From an uncultured Candidatus Saccharibacteria bacterium (GTDB lineage Bacteria > Patescibacteriota > Minisyncoccia > Phycocordibacterales > CSBR16-119), in NCBI GenBank assembly GCA_964550665.1, contig CAZJZW010000002.1:1-31661 (forward strand): a DNA stretch of 31,661 nucleotides, read 5' to 3'. Numbering within the stretch: the stretch's first letter is position 1; each line of letters starts with the position of its first letter. The notes beneath the pieces were generated by a model that ran no database searches, was not told the DNA's origin, and saw nothing but the letters and a program-made list of their open reading frames with translations. Positions 1 through 8,705 of the stretch are shown here, piece after piece. The translations under genes were made by a program, and so were the position numbers.

Positions 1-386
1 TCGTAACAGGTTACCAATCCAGCGTTGGAAACCGTCGTATCTTTGGTCATCCAATCATCGATATCGCTATCACGGTAGGCGAAACCTTTCTTGAAACAGT
101 CGGCCGTTTTCACAGCCGAGAAAGATGGCATACTGATACCAGACTTCACGATCTTCAGGAAAGTAGTGACTACTTTTTTGACGGGAGATACTTTTTCCCA
201 GTCTATTTGCTCTTTTCGGAGAAACAATCGGAGATTCTTCATCCAATTTACTCCATCACTTCCTGTCAGTTTCTCAATGAGGTCCACGAGAGTTGCGAGA
301 TAATCTTCTCGAACTGTCACGAGTAACCTTACGATTTTACCGAGCATGTTATCCATGGTCAGATTTGTGTTGGTTATACCGGGCAT
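1..386 (-). CDS. Hypothetical protein, N-terminal part only (runs off the left edge)
   Basis: Manually translated open frame from ATG at 386: MPGITNTNLTMDNMLGKIVRLLVTVREDYLATLVDLIEKLTGSDGVNWMKNLRLFLRKEQIDW..., no stop before the window edge; preceded by a consensus promoter. Confidence 0.75.
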   Translation of the reverse strand, partial: MPGITNTNLTMDNMLGKIVRLLVTVREDYLATLVDLIEKLTGSDGVNWMKNLRLFLRKEQIDWEKVSPVKKVVTTFLKIVKSGISMPSFSAVKTADCFKKGFAYRDSDIDDWMTKDTTVSNAGLVTCY

Positions 387-479
387 TATGCCACAGCTTT
401 TAACCTTCTTTTCTAAAAAAGCTAAAAGCTATGGCAAAACAATTTTAATCCTTAGATTTTAAGGAACTTTTACCTGTAT

Positions 480-509
480 ATTATAGCACAAATTATAGCT
501 TTTTGTCAA
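480..509 (-). promoter_or_regulatory. Sigma70-type promoter TTGACA-N18-TATAAT
   Basis: Minus strand reads TTGACA aaaagctataatttgtgc TATAAT, upstream of the partial CDS. Confidence 0.7.
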
Positions 510-538
510 GCTAAGGTTTATCACCTACATATTAAAAA

Positions 539-584
539 CAAAAAACTAAATTGTATCGATATATCGATACAATTTAGTTTTTTG
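539..584. repeat. 46-bp perfect palindrome with no loop, probably the terminator of the RluA gene
   Basis: caaaaaactaaattgtatcgata|tatcgatacaatttagttttttg, 15 nt past the RluA stop. Confidence 0.8.
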
Positions 585-599
585 ACTTAATGAACAGCT

Positions 600-1436
600 T
601 TATAATTTAGAAATTAAATTTACAAAATCTTCCGGAAAGGGCGCTTCAAAAGTCTTTTTACCATTTTCTGGTATCTCAATAGTTAAACTTCGGGCGTGGA
701 GAGCGACTCTTTCAAAGCCTAAAACATAAGGTCTGTTTTCTGCATACAGAGTGTCGCCAACTATTGGATTATTTAGATATTTCATATGAACTCTGATCTG
801 GTGAGTTCTTCCAGTTTTCGGTCTGACTTCCAAAAAGACAAATTTCTCTCCATCTTCCTCAAAACGTGAAAGAACTTTGTATTCTGTAACAGCTTCTCGA
901 AGCTGACCTCTCGCGCCTCGTGTCGCACTCCACTGTCTAAAATCTTTTCCATTCCTCCCTATCGGCGCATCTACTATCCCCTTATCATTTTTAATATTTC
1001 CCCAGACAACCGTGTTGTAAACTTTTTCTACATTTCTATTTTGGAATTGTTCTTTCAGAAAAGAAAAAGTGTCTTGGTTTTTTGCGAGGATAATCACACC
1101 CGTTGTTTCTCGATCAAGCCGGTGAACTATTCCTGGTCGCAGAATAGTTATAAAGTTATCATGTTGAAAGTCATAAGGCTCTTTATCTCCATCAATTCCT
1201 TTCTTTATAACTTTATGACTTTCAACTTGGAGCTTCATGGGTTCGCCAACGTTTTCCATTTCTGGATATTTCTCTAATACCAAGTCACACAAGGTTTTCT
1301 CTCTTGCTTGCCCCGCATCTGCGTGGGTCTTTCCGTCCGCCTTTTTAAGGCGAGACAGGTCACCATGAACAACAAGCCCTGCTGGCTTGTTTAGAACTAA
1401 TACATTTTCATCTTCGTAAATGATTTCTGGAAACAT
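600..1436 (-). CDS. RluA/RluD-family RNA pseudouridine synthase (no S4 domain), with two in-frame repeat-derived insertions
   Basis: Motifs NKPAGLVVH, RPGIVHRLDRETTG (catalytic Asp), PKTGRTHQIRVH, PIVGD and LHA. Confidence 0.95.
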   Translation of the reverse strand: MFPEIIYEDENVLVLNKPAGLVVHGDLSRLKKADGKTHADAGQAREKTLCDLVLEKYPEMENVGEPMKLQVESHKVIKKGIDGDKEPYDFQHDNFITILRPGIVHRLDRETTGVIILAKNQDTFSFLKEQFQNRNVEKVYNTVVWGNIKNDKGIVDAPIGRNGKDFRQWSATRGARGQLREAVTEYKVLSRFEEDGEKFVFLEVRPKTGRTHQIRVHMKYLNNPIVGDTLYAENRPYVLGFERVALHARSLTIEIPENGKKTFEAPFPEDFVNLISKL

Positions 1437-1445
1437 ACTTAAAGA

Positions 1446-2069
1446 TTATATCTGCATTCCTGTTATTAATTCAAAAACAAAATAAATAACCGGTGAGATA
1501 AATTTCCAAAGGAAAAATATAAAGAAAAGTAAAATAAATAAAGAGTACTTCGTAGAAAAAGATTCTAGTTTTCTACCATAGTTTCCTAGAAAAGAAAAAA
1601 GTATTTTAGATCCATCAAGCGGTGGAATCGGAATTAGATTAAATACTGCCAAAACAATATTTAGAAGTACAACTATTGAAGCCAGACTTATGAAAGATGG
1701 TCCGAGTATTCCGGTAAAAACAGAAAGTCTTATTACAAGACCGAAGAATAGGGCGATTGCTAAATTAACTAATATCCCAGCTGAAGCCACCCAAATAACA
1801 CCCTTCTTTTGGTCTCGCAGGTTTGCTGGATTATATGGAACCGGCTTTGCCCAACCAATCAAAAACGGAGCATTGCTAATAACCAATATAAGCGGTAGGA
1901 TAACCGAACCGAATGGATCTAAGTGTTTTAGAGGGTTTAATGTTAATCTCCCTGCATACTCAGCTGTTTTGTCCCCAAAATAAAGGGCAGCATAACCATG
2001 CGCTACCTCGTGTATTACCACAGACATTATAAGTACGACTATATAGAAGATTGAATTTAGGTCTTGCAT
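1446..2069 (-). CDS. Site-2 protease (M50 family intramembrane metalloprotease)
   Basis: HEVAH zinc motif, LTLNPLKHLDPFG, and FNLIPIPPLDG; start placed at MQDLN (2069) because the upstream in-frame extension overlaps rpmB. Confidence 0.93.
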   Translation of the reverse strand: MQDLNSIFYIVVLIMSVVIHEVAHGYAALYFGDKTAEYAGRLTLNPLKHLDPFGSVILPLILVISNAPFLIGWAKPVPYNPANLRDQKKGVIWVASAGILVNLAIALFFGLVIRLSVFTGILGPSFISLASIVVLLNIVLAVFNLIPIPPLDGSKILFSFLGNYGRKLESFSTKYSLFILLFFIFFLWKFISPVIYFVFELITGMQI

Positions 2070-2102
2070 GTTTATAACCCATATGATAGCATAAGGAAAC
2101 TT

Positions 2103-2345
2103 ATGGCAAAAACATGTCCAATAACTAAAAAAACGCGCAACGTAGCTGGAAAATACAGTAACCGTGTTCGTGCTACACAATTCAACCCAACAGGCACAAG
2201 AATCCAAAAAGTAAACCTTCAACGAAAGAAGATTTATGTTCCAGAAACAGGTCAAACAATCAGACTTGAAATCTCAACAAAAGCTATCAAAACGATAAAC
2301 AAAAACGGGGCATTCAAAACACTCAAGAAAGCAGGGATTATCTAA
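2103..2345 (+). CDS. rpmB: 50S ribosomal protein L28
   Basis: MAKTCPITKK...NLQRKKIYVPETGQTIRLEISTKAIKTINKNG: basic 80-aa protein with the L28 pattern. Confidence 0.9.
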   Translation: MAKTCPITKKTRNVAGKYSNRVRATQFNPTGTRIQKVNLQRKKIYVPETGQTIRLEISTKAIKTINKNGAFKTLKKAGII

Positions 2346-2437
2346 TAGCTTATAGTGATTAGTGAATAGTTTCTAGAGAAATCCGCCGAAGGGCGGATTT
2401 CTTTTACCTAAAAGCTGGAAGCTAATCACTAGCCACT
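2342..2437. repeat. Inverted heptamer arrays (NNNNTAG)x5 and (CTNNNNN)x4 flanking a hairpin
   Basis: Left: ctaatag cttatag tgattag tgaatag tttctag. Right: ctaaaag ctggaag ctaatca ctagcca. tgattag and ctaatca are exact reverse complements. Confidence 0.7.
2377..2402. terminator. Intrinsic terminator between convergent rpmB and the ComEC MBL gene
   Basis: agaaatccgcc-gaag-ggcggatttct followed by a T run. Confidence 0.85.
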
Positions 2438-2439
2438 CT

Positions 2440-3297
2440 TTATTTCCTCCATATATTTATTCCATCTGTTTGAAACGTTATTGTTCCCTCTTTAGAAGTT
2501 TCAAGGATTTCTGAGCTAACTTTTTTTAAATTATCTAAAACGCTTACATGAGGGTGTCCGTAACTATTGTTGTAGCCTGCTGAGATAATGGCAACATCGG
2601 GAGTAACAGCTTCCAAAAATAAAAGACCTGACGAAGTTTTTGACCCGTGGTGACCAGCTTTTAAAATGTCTGCATTTAATAAATCGCCGTCAGAATATAC
2701 TAAAATATTTTCAATTGCTTTTGAGGCATCACCCGTTAATAAGAAGCTTGTATCTCCATAGACTAACCGACCAACAATCGACATATCATTGGTTTCTTTG
2801 AAAGAAAAATCTTTACTTGGCGCTAACACTTGAAAATAAACTTTTTCTTTTTTATCTAAAATAATAGACAGACCCCTAATTGCCTGCACATAGTTTGAAC
2901 CTTCGAAAGAAACTCGTTCCATTAAAGAAAGATAGGTGCCCGTATCACCTTTTTTACCATTGTCGATATAATGCATAACCTCAAACCTATCAAATATTTC
3001 AGGAAGTCCACCGATATGGTCGCCATCTGGATGAGTTGCAAGCACAATGTCTATTTTTTTATCTTGAAAACTGATCTGCTCTGAAAGAGCTGAAAGTACA
3101 GAACTGTTTTTACCACCATCAATCAGTAACTGTCTACCGTTTGGTGCTTCGATAAAAATAGAGTCCCCTTGCCCAACATCAAGAAAAGAAACGGTTAGAA
3201 ATCCAGTAGAAACTTTTGGAATATACGTCCAAATAAAAATATTCACTCCGGCAAGAATAAATATAAAGACTATTAAAATTTTATGATCTTTCTCCAC
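2440..3297 (-). CDS. ComEC/Rec2-related metallo-beta-lactamase fold protein (separate C-terminal ComEC domain)
   Basis: FLDVGQGD, LIDGG, THPDGDHIGG, LLTGD, GHHGSKTS and YGHPH motifs; N-terminal TM segment; overlaps the end of comEC. Confidence 0.93.
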   Translation of the reverse strand: MEKDHKILIVFIFILAGVNIFIWTYIPKVSTGFLTVSFLDVGQGDSIFIEAPNGRQLLIDGGKNSSVLSALSEQISFQDKKIDIVLATHPDGDHIGGLPEIFDRFEVMHYIDNGKKGDTGTYLSLMERVSFEGSNYVQAIRGLSIILDKKEKVYFQVLAPSKDFSFKETNDMSIVGRLVYGDTSFLLTGDASKAIENILVYSDGDLLNADILKAGHHGSKTSSGLLFLEAVTPDVAIISAGYNNSYGHPHVSVLDNLKKVSSEILETSKEGTITFQTDGINIWRK

Positions 3298-4744
3298 TGC
3301 TTTTAATTTTATAATGTTTATATAAAATCCAAAAGATGAGTGTATAAATAATCAAAACTAAAAATATTGAGAAGCTTCTCACTTCTATAGATGAAAAAGA
3401 TAGCGCCGAAAAGGTTTTAACAATAAATATTTCAAATTTTAAAAGCAGGTTTGAAATAAAACCAAAAGGCATCGCCAAAGTTTCTGATAAAAGACCAATA
3501 ATTCCAGTAATGAAACCAAAAAACATTGTCGTCGGAATAAGTGGTAAGACAATAAGGTTCGTAATCGGCGCGATAAGAGAAAGTGTCCCCATTTTATACA
3601 AAATAAAAGGAAGAACAAAAATCTGGGTAGCGATCGTCGCCGAAGCTATCTCGCGAAGTCCAGCTTTTTTCGGAAGCCACATAAAATATTTTTCAAACAA
3701 CGGAGAAAGATAGATAAGACCGATGGTTGCCAAGAAAGAAAGTTGGAAAGAAAGATCAAAATAAAGAATATATGGATTTTGCAAGACCATTAAAAATCCG
3801 GCGATACAAAGCGCTCTTGATATATTGAATGCGTTACCTGTTGCCCGAGCAATGAGCGCTAATATCGCCATCACGCTCGCCCGAAAGATCGTAGCCCCTG
3901 CTCCAGTCATCAGCGCAAAAAAGACTATTGAAAATGATCCGACTGTAATACCGAGCGTCAGGGGTAAAAAAGATAAAAATCTCATGATCGCTTCAGCAAT
4001 AATCGTCACGTTATACCCGGACAAAACAACAATATGAACAAGTCCGGTATCGACGAAATTTTGTTGCAACTCCTGACCCAAGGATTGTTTCGTCCCAAGT
4101 AAAAGTCCTCCCAAGAGTGAACTTTGTGGTGGAGGAATAACAGATTCTATAGTTTCAAGAAACTTATTTTTTGTTTTTAGTAAAAAATTTATAAAAGTAT
4201 TTCCATGAGAAGAAGAAACAAAAGAAACTTTAGCAAAGGATATAGTGTAGTAGATACTATCTTTTGATAAATAATGAATGTAATCAAATTCTTTACCAAT
4301 ATCTGTTTTAAAGTTTTCTGGTTTTTGCAGTGTTCCAGAAACTTGGAGTAAATCTCCGTAAGTAAATTCTGGATAGAGCTCCGTACTAACCAAAACCCGA
4401 ACATTTTCAAATCCAACCACAAGTCTTTGACTGTTCTCTCTTCTGTCAGGTTCACGTAACACAACTCCTTCAAAAGAAATTTCCTGCTGAACCAAGTCGT
4501 CAAAAACATTTTTCGGCTCACGCACATCTTTATAGTGATAACGAAATATCCCGAGCAAAATACAAATGAGAGAAATAGAAATAAATAAGATATTTTTATT
4601 TTTTATAAACAAAAAACCAAGAAGTAAAATAAAAGAAACGATTCCAAATATCCAAAAATACAATGTTGGTACAAACAAAAACGAGCGCATAAAAACGCCC
4701 GCTAAAAAAGAGAAGATGCTTATAAAAATAATTTTATCCCTCAT
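3281..4744 (-). CDS. comEC: Competence protein ComEC, membrane domain (DUF4131/OB plus Competence domain)
   Basis: GLVHIVVLSGYN, FRASVMA and DLSFQLSFLAT motifs; many TM helices. Confidence 0.93.
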   Translation of the reverse strand: MRDKIIFISIFSFLAGVFMRSFLFVPTLYFWIFGIVSFILLLGFLFIKNKNILFISISLICILLGIFRYHYKDVREPKNVFDDLVQQEISFEGVVLREPDRRENSQRLVVGFENVRVLVSTELYPEFTYGDLLQVSGTLQKPENFKTDIGKEFDYIHYLSKDSIYYTISFAKVSFVSSSHGNTFINFLLKTKNKFLETIESVIPPPQSSLLGGLLLGTKQSLGQELQQNFVDTGLVHIVVLSGYNVTIIAEAIMRFLSFLPLTLGITVGSFSIVFFALMTGAGATIFRASVMAILALIARATGNAFNISRALCIAGFLMVLQNPYILYFDLSFQLSFLATIGLIYLSPLFEKYFMWLPKKAGLREIASATIATQIFVLPFILYKMGTLSLIAPITNLIVLPLIPTTMFFGFITGIIGLLSETLAMPFGFISNLLLKFEIFIVKTFSALSFSSIEVRSFSIFLVLIIYTLIFWILYKHYKIKSSGERS

Positions 4745-4749
4745 GTTTA

Positions 4750-5457
4750 TTAACTAATCCATTCTTTGATAGTTTTTTCTTCGTCTTCTTTTGAAAGTGT
4801 TTTCTTGAATCGTGCTTTTTTACCTTTCACCCTAGCTTCACATTCGCCCCACGTTGCGTGTTTTTCTACTTTTCCATCGATCATACTTATGTACGAATAT
4901 GCTTTAGCACTTGATTTAGACTTGGCTTTTTGTAAATAAGCTTCTTCGTTTTTACTCATATCTAAAAGATTTACAGAATAATCTTTTAAATCTCCTTTAA
5001 ATAGAGGGATTTCTTTTCCACGAGCAAAAGAATTGGCGATCACATCAACTCGTTCATTCCCTGCGATACCAACATGACCTTCAACATGTTTCCATTCGAT
5101 CTCTTTATCTTTTGTTACATTAATCAATTTTTGCCATAGGTCTTTATTTAAAACATCTGTTTTATTTTTTGTTTTCCAATCGTTTTTCTCCCATCCAAAC
5201 ACCCACTGTGTAATTCCGGTGATGGTGTACTTTGAGTCAGAATAAACGGTAATAAGCCCATCTGGAGCATTTTCCAGAGCTTTTATGATAGCCATCATTT
5301 CCATCCGATTGTTTGTTGTCTTATCCTCTTTCCCAGCAAGTTCAATAACTTTTTTTGAAGTCTCATCGAAAACGACGGCTCCCCAACCACCAGGACCAGG
5401 ATTACCTATCGCTCCACCATCGGTAAATATTTTTATCTCTTGTATATTTTGTGACAT
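4750..5457 (-). CDS. rnhA: Ribonuclease HI with a C-terminal viroplasmin/hybrid-binding-like domain
   Basis: IFTDGGAIGNPGPGGWG, TNNRMEM, SDSKY, NKDLWQKL and HVEGHVGIAGNERVD; start at MSQNI, 7 nt after TACAAT. Confidence 0.93.
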   Translation of the reverse strand: MSQNIQEIKIFTDGGAIGNPGPGGWGAVVFDETSKKVIELAGKEDKTTNNRMEMMAIIKALENAPDGLITVYSDSKYTITGITQWVFGWEKNDWKTKNKTDVLNKDLWQKLINVTKDKEIEWKHVEGHVGIAGNERVDVIANSFARGKEIPLFKGDLKDYSVNLLDMSKNEEAYLQKAKSKSSAKAYSYISMIDGKVEKHATWGECEARVKGKKARFKKTLSKEDEEKTIKEWIS

Positions 5458-5489
5458 TAAAGCCATTGTACCAAAGAAAAAGACCAGTT

Positions 5490-5741
5490 TCAAAACTGGT
5501 CATGAATGTGAGCCATCTGCATGGTTTTATTGAAATTAGTGTTTTGTTTTTTAGTTCTCTTACTGCGTGAAAGGGTGTTCCTTATGTGTGTTTTCACCTG
5601 AGAGAACAAGCGTGGCAAACTAAAAACAACATCGCAAATCTTCAAAAGCAGAAGAATTATCTCCGCCAAGAAAATAAAACGAATTGCTAACAAAAAGGAC
5701 AAGACTAGTGCAAACAGAACGAGAAATGGTATGTGTTCCAT
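5490..5741 (-). CDS. Possible small membrane-anchored protein
   Basis: MEHIPFLVLFALVLSFLLAIRFIFLAEIILLLL followed by a basic tail; fills the gap between recJ and rnhA; no family recognised. Confidence 0.35.
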   Translation of the reverse strand: MEHIPFLVLFALVLSFLLAIRFIFLAEIILLLLKICDVVFSLPRLFSQVKTHIRNTLSRSKRTKKQNTNFNKTMQMAHIHDQF

Positions 5742-5773
5742 GTCGCAGATTTTTAAATACAATAGCACCCCTT

Positions 5774-7477
5774 TTAGGAAACTTCAACAATCCGAAGTCT
5801 TATCTCCTCTTTCCAACCAAATGTAGATTTTTCTATATGGGCTTTTAGATTTATCTTTTTTCCATCTCGGACGTGGTCTGGCAAACTATCGAACGACTTA
5901 AAAAACTGAATAGCTTTTACTTCTCTACCTTTAGAATTTTCAAAACACAGCTCTATGTGTTCATTATTTTTACCAAACGTTCTCACTTGTTTAACTAAAA
6001 TATTATCAAAAGCAAAAACTGGTTTCGGATTTGCTACACCAAAAGGAGCGAGCATGTTTACTTCATTCCAAACATCTCTTGTAACTTCGTTTATGGATAG
6101 ATGAGCATCTACTAATACTCCTTTATCTGAATCAATAATTTTTTTGGTACATTTTTTATACGCATCTTCAAGACGTTCTCCTAGGAAATGTATCTCTTCT
6201 CGAGAAACAGAAAAACCCCCAGCCATTTCGTGCCCTCCAAACTCGAGCAAACTTTTTTCTGGTAAAAGAGCCATCATATCAACTAGGTTAACTTCTCCGG
6301 AAGACCGACACGATCCTTTTATAATCTCACCTCCTTCAAGCCCCCAAACAAATGATGGCTTTTTATATTCATCAGTAATCTTCCCTGCTACAAGTCCTAA
6401 AACTCCTGCTCGCCATTTCGTGTCACCAATAAAAATAACCGAACTTTCTTCTTTCCGAGATTTAACTTCTTTATGAACTGTTCGCATCATCGTCGCCACG
6501 AGAGTTTTTCTTTCATCATTTATTTTCGTTAAATAATCTGCATATTTTCCAGCGTCAGCGTCATTATCCGCCGCCAAAAGATCAAAAGCGAAACGAGGGT
6601 GATCCATTCGCCCAGCTGCGTTAAGTCTCGGGCATATTGTAAATGTTACATCTTCGTCCTGAAGAGATTCTGGTTTTAGATTTGTTTTTCTAAAAAGTTT
6701 CAAAAGTCCAAGTCTTTTTGTTTTCTTTAAAACTTTCATTCCGTAGTATGCAAAAACCCTATTCTCCCCAACCAGTGGAACCATGTCAGCCAGTGTCGCA
6801 AGACCCACCATATCAAGTAACCATTTTTCATATCCATCTGGTATCTCAAATTCTTTTCCGTGTCGCTTTAGAAAACCTTGAACAAATTTAAAGGCCACTC
6901 CAGAACCACACAACATGTCATAAGGGTACGAATCATCTTTTTGTTTTGGGTTTAAAATAAAAAGCGCATCTGGAACTTTTTCTTGTGGTTGGTGGTGATC
7001 AGTGATTATCACATCCATCCCGAGGCTTTTTGCATATTCTGTTTCTTCGACAGCAGTAATACCGAGGTCGAGCGTTATCAAAAGCTTTACTCCATTATCT
7101 GCAATCTGTTTGAGCGCCTCCATATTCAAGCCATACCCTTCTTTATGTCTGTCAGGAATATAGATTTCAAAATTTGTATATTTTATTTTTTTAAACAAAT
7201 CGTTCATTACAACAGCACCTGGAATACCGTCACAATCATAGTCAGAATACACAACTATTTTTTCATTATTTTTTATTGCTGTATAAACTCTTAAAACAAC
7301 ACCTTCCATATTCAGCATTAAAAATGGATCATGAGTGTCATCTTCATATGAAGGAAACATAAAAGCTCTCGCCTCTTCTTCTGTCTTTATACCTCGATTA
7401 AAAAGCAACCTTCGCAAAAGTGGAGAGTAGCGAGCAAGTTCTTTATCAAATTCTTCAGGTATTTCGGCGATTGTCAT
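5774..7477 (-). CDS. recJ: Single-stranded-DNA-specific exonuclease RecJ
   Basis: DYDCDG, YIPDRHKEGYG, ITDHH (DHH), ADMVPL, PRLNAAGRM, GSCRS and GGHEMAGG. Confidence 0.97.
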   Translation of the reverse strand: MTIAEIPEEFDKELARYSPLLRRLLFNRGIKTEEEARAFMFPSYEDDTHDPFLMLNMEGVVLRVYTAIKNNEKIVVYSDYDCDGIPGAVVMNDLFKKIKYTNFEIYIPDRHKEGYGLNMEALKQIADNGVKLLITLDLGITAVEETEYAKSLGMDVIITDHHQPQEKVPDALFILNPKQKDDSYPYDMLCGSGVAFKFVQGFLKRHGKEFEIPDGYEKWLLDMVGLATLADMVPLVGENRVFAYYGMKVLKKTKRLGLLKLFRKTNLKPESLQDEDVTFTICPRLNAAGRMDHPRFAFDLLAADNDADAGKYADYLTKINDERKTLVATMMRTVHKEVKSRKEESSVIFIGDTKWRAGVLGLVAGKITDEYKKPSFVWGLEGGEIIKGSCRSSGEVNLVDMMALLPEKSLLEFGGHEMAGGFSVSREEIHFLGERLEDAYKKCTKKIIDSDKGVLVDAHLSINEVTRDVWNEVNMLAPFGVANPKPVFAFDNILVKQVRTFGKNNEHIELCFENSKGREVKAIQFFKSFDSLPDHVRDGKKINLKAHIEKSTFGWKEEIRLRIVEVS

Positions 7478-7518
7478 TTTCCAATTCTACCACACATAAA
7501 ATATGTTAAAATTGAGCC

Positions 7519-7914
7519 ATGAAAACAATATTTGAGAAAATAATAGATAGAGAAATCCCAGCAGTTTTTGTATACGAAGATGAAAAAGCCTTTGCTATCA
7601 TGGATAAATTCCCAGCTATTTCTGGACAGGTTTTGATTATCCCAAAAAAGGCCGTTGATTATGTTTTTGACTTAGACCAAGAAACTTACGAGTATATTTT
7701 TAATTTAGCAAAGAAAATCGGTCCTGCGATGCATAAAGCTTTTGATGCCCAGCGTGTTTGTATGTTGGTGGAAGGATTCCACGTTCCGCATGTACACATA
7801 AAAATGTATCCGGTAAGAAAAGACGAAAAACTTGAAATCCATATGGGACTAGAAGTTAGTGATGAGATATTGGTAGAACAAGCGGAGAAAATAAAGAAGT
7901 GCATTGATAAATAA
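7519..7914 (+). CDS. HIT family nucleotide hydrolase
   Basis: TIFEKIIDREIPA at the N-terminus and the histidine-triad motif HVPHVHIK. Confidence 0.92.
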   Translation: MKTIFEKIIDREIPAVFVYEDEKAFAIMDKFPAISGQVLIIPKKAVDYVFDLDQETYEYIFNLAKKIGPAMHKAFDAQRVCMLVEGFHVPHVHIKMYPVRKDEKLEIHMGLEVSDEILVEQAEKIKKCIDK

Positions 7915-7941
7915 TATTATTTTTTAAAAAGTTTGAATTAT

Positions 7942-8676
7942 ATGATAGAAAAAATACAGAAAGCTTTAAAAGAAAAAGAGAAAGAGAAAGTTACAAAAAA
8001 ACCTTTGAAAAGATGGACCGCTGAAGAAATCTCACCACTCATTGGAAACTTACTTCTCTTAAAAGATACTGATAATCTAAAAGAAAGTCCTGAAGATTAT
8101 AATAGGAGAGCAATCGAAACTTTTGAAGAGGTCCAAAAGTTGATAGAAGATAATGGTGGAGAATTCCATGAAGATGTGTCTGAAATATATAATAAATACA
8201 ATACAACTAATCCTGTCATTGTGAGACGTGAGGATCCAGTAAGGCTAAGCCGTTTAATTAATGGAGAAAATTTAGAAATGTTTTTTGACCCAGATGTTGT
8301 TTTTGGAAATGGTGACAAATATGCAAATTCTGCCTTGTGGCCTTATGGTCCAGAAGAAAAAACTGGGGGCATTGCTAATGCATTTTTAGAAGGTAGAGGT
8401 AATGCTGGACCAATAGTAATTCTGGGCGGATACAACACAGATGGAGAAATGATGGAAATAGTTAAGCCTGAAATAAATGAAGAGATGGTTGGAACATTAG
8501 ATAGACACAGTGTAAGAATACTTTCTGGGGAAATAAAACCTGAGGATCTAGAATTTGTAATCATAAGAATAGCATCTTCTTTCTTTGATAAATCAAAAAT
8601 GACAACAAGGGAACTTGAGAGATTAGAAAAAGGACAGCAAAAACAAATATTCAGAGGTTATTCATTTAAAAAATAA
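7942..8676 (+). CDS. Hypothetical protein (about 244 aa)
   Basis: Long ORF with normal composition followed by a terminator; no family recognised. Confidence 0.75.
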   Translation: MIEKIQKALKEKEKEKVTKKPLKRWTAEEISPLIGNLLLLKDTDNLKESPEDYNRRAIETFEEVQKLIEDNGGEFHEDVSEIYNKYNTTNPVIVRREDPVRLSRLINGENLEMFFDPDVVFGNGDKYANSALWPYGPEEKTGGIANAFLEGRGNAGPIVILGGYNTDGEMMEIVKPEINEEMVGTLDRHSVRILSGEIKPEDLEFVIIRIASSFFDKSKMTTRELERLEKGQQKQIFRGYSFKK

Positions 8677-8703
8677 GAGGTGGATACCGTACGGCACCAC
8701 CTC
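8677..8703. terminator. Hairpin between convergent genes
   Basis: gaggtgg...ccacctc stem with an inner ccg/cgg pair. Confidence 0.6.
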
Positions 8704-8705
8704 TA

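Noticed and set aside
419-434. gctaaaa gctatgg resembling the heptamer arrays
   Set aside because: Only two units and no opposing array; could be chance.
2440-4744. ComEC split into membrane and MBL genes; pilM-like and PilB/GspE ATPase genes scattered; ruvA and ruvB 14 kb apart
   Set aside because: Split ComEC and dispersed pilus or ruv genes are common arrangements and show nothing novel here.
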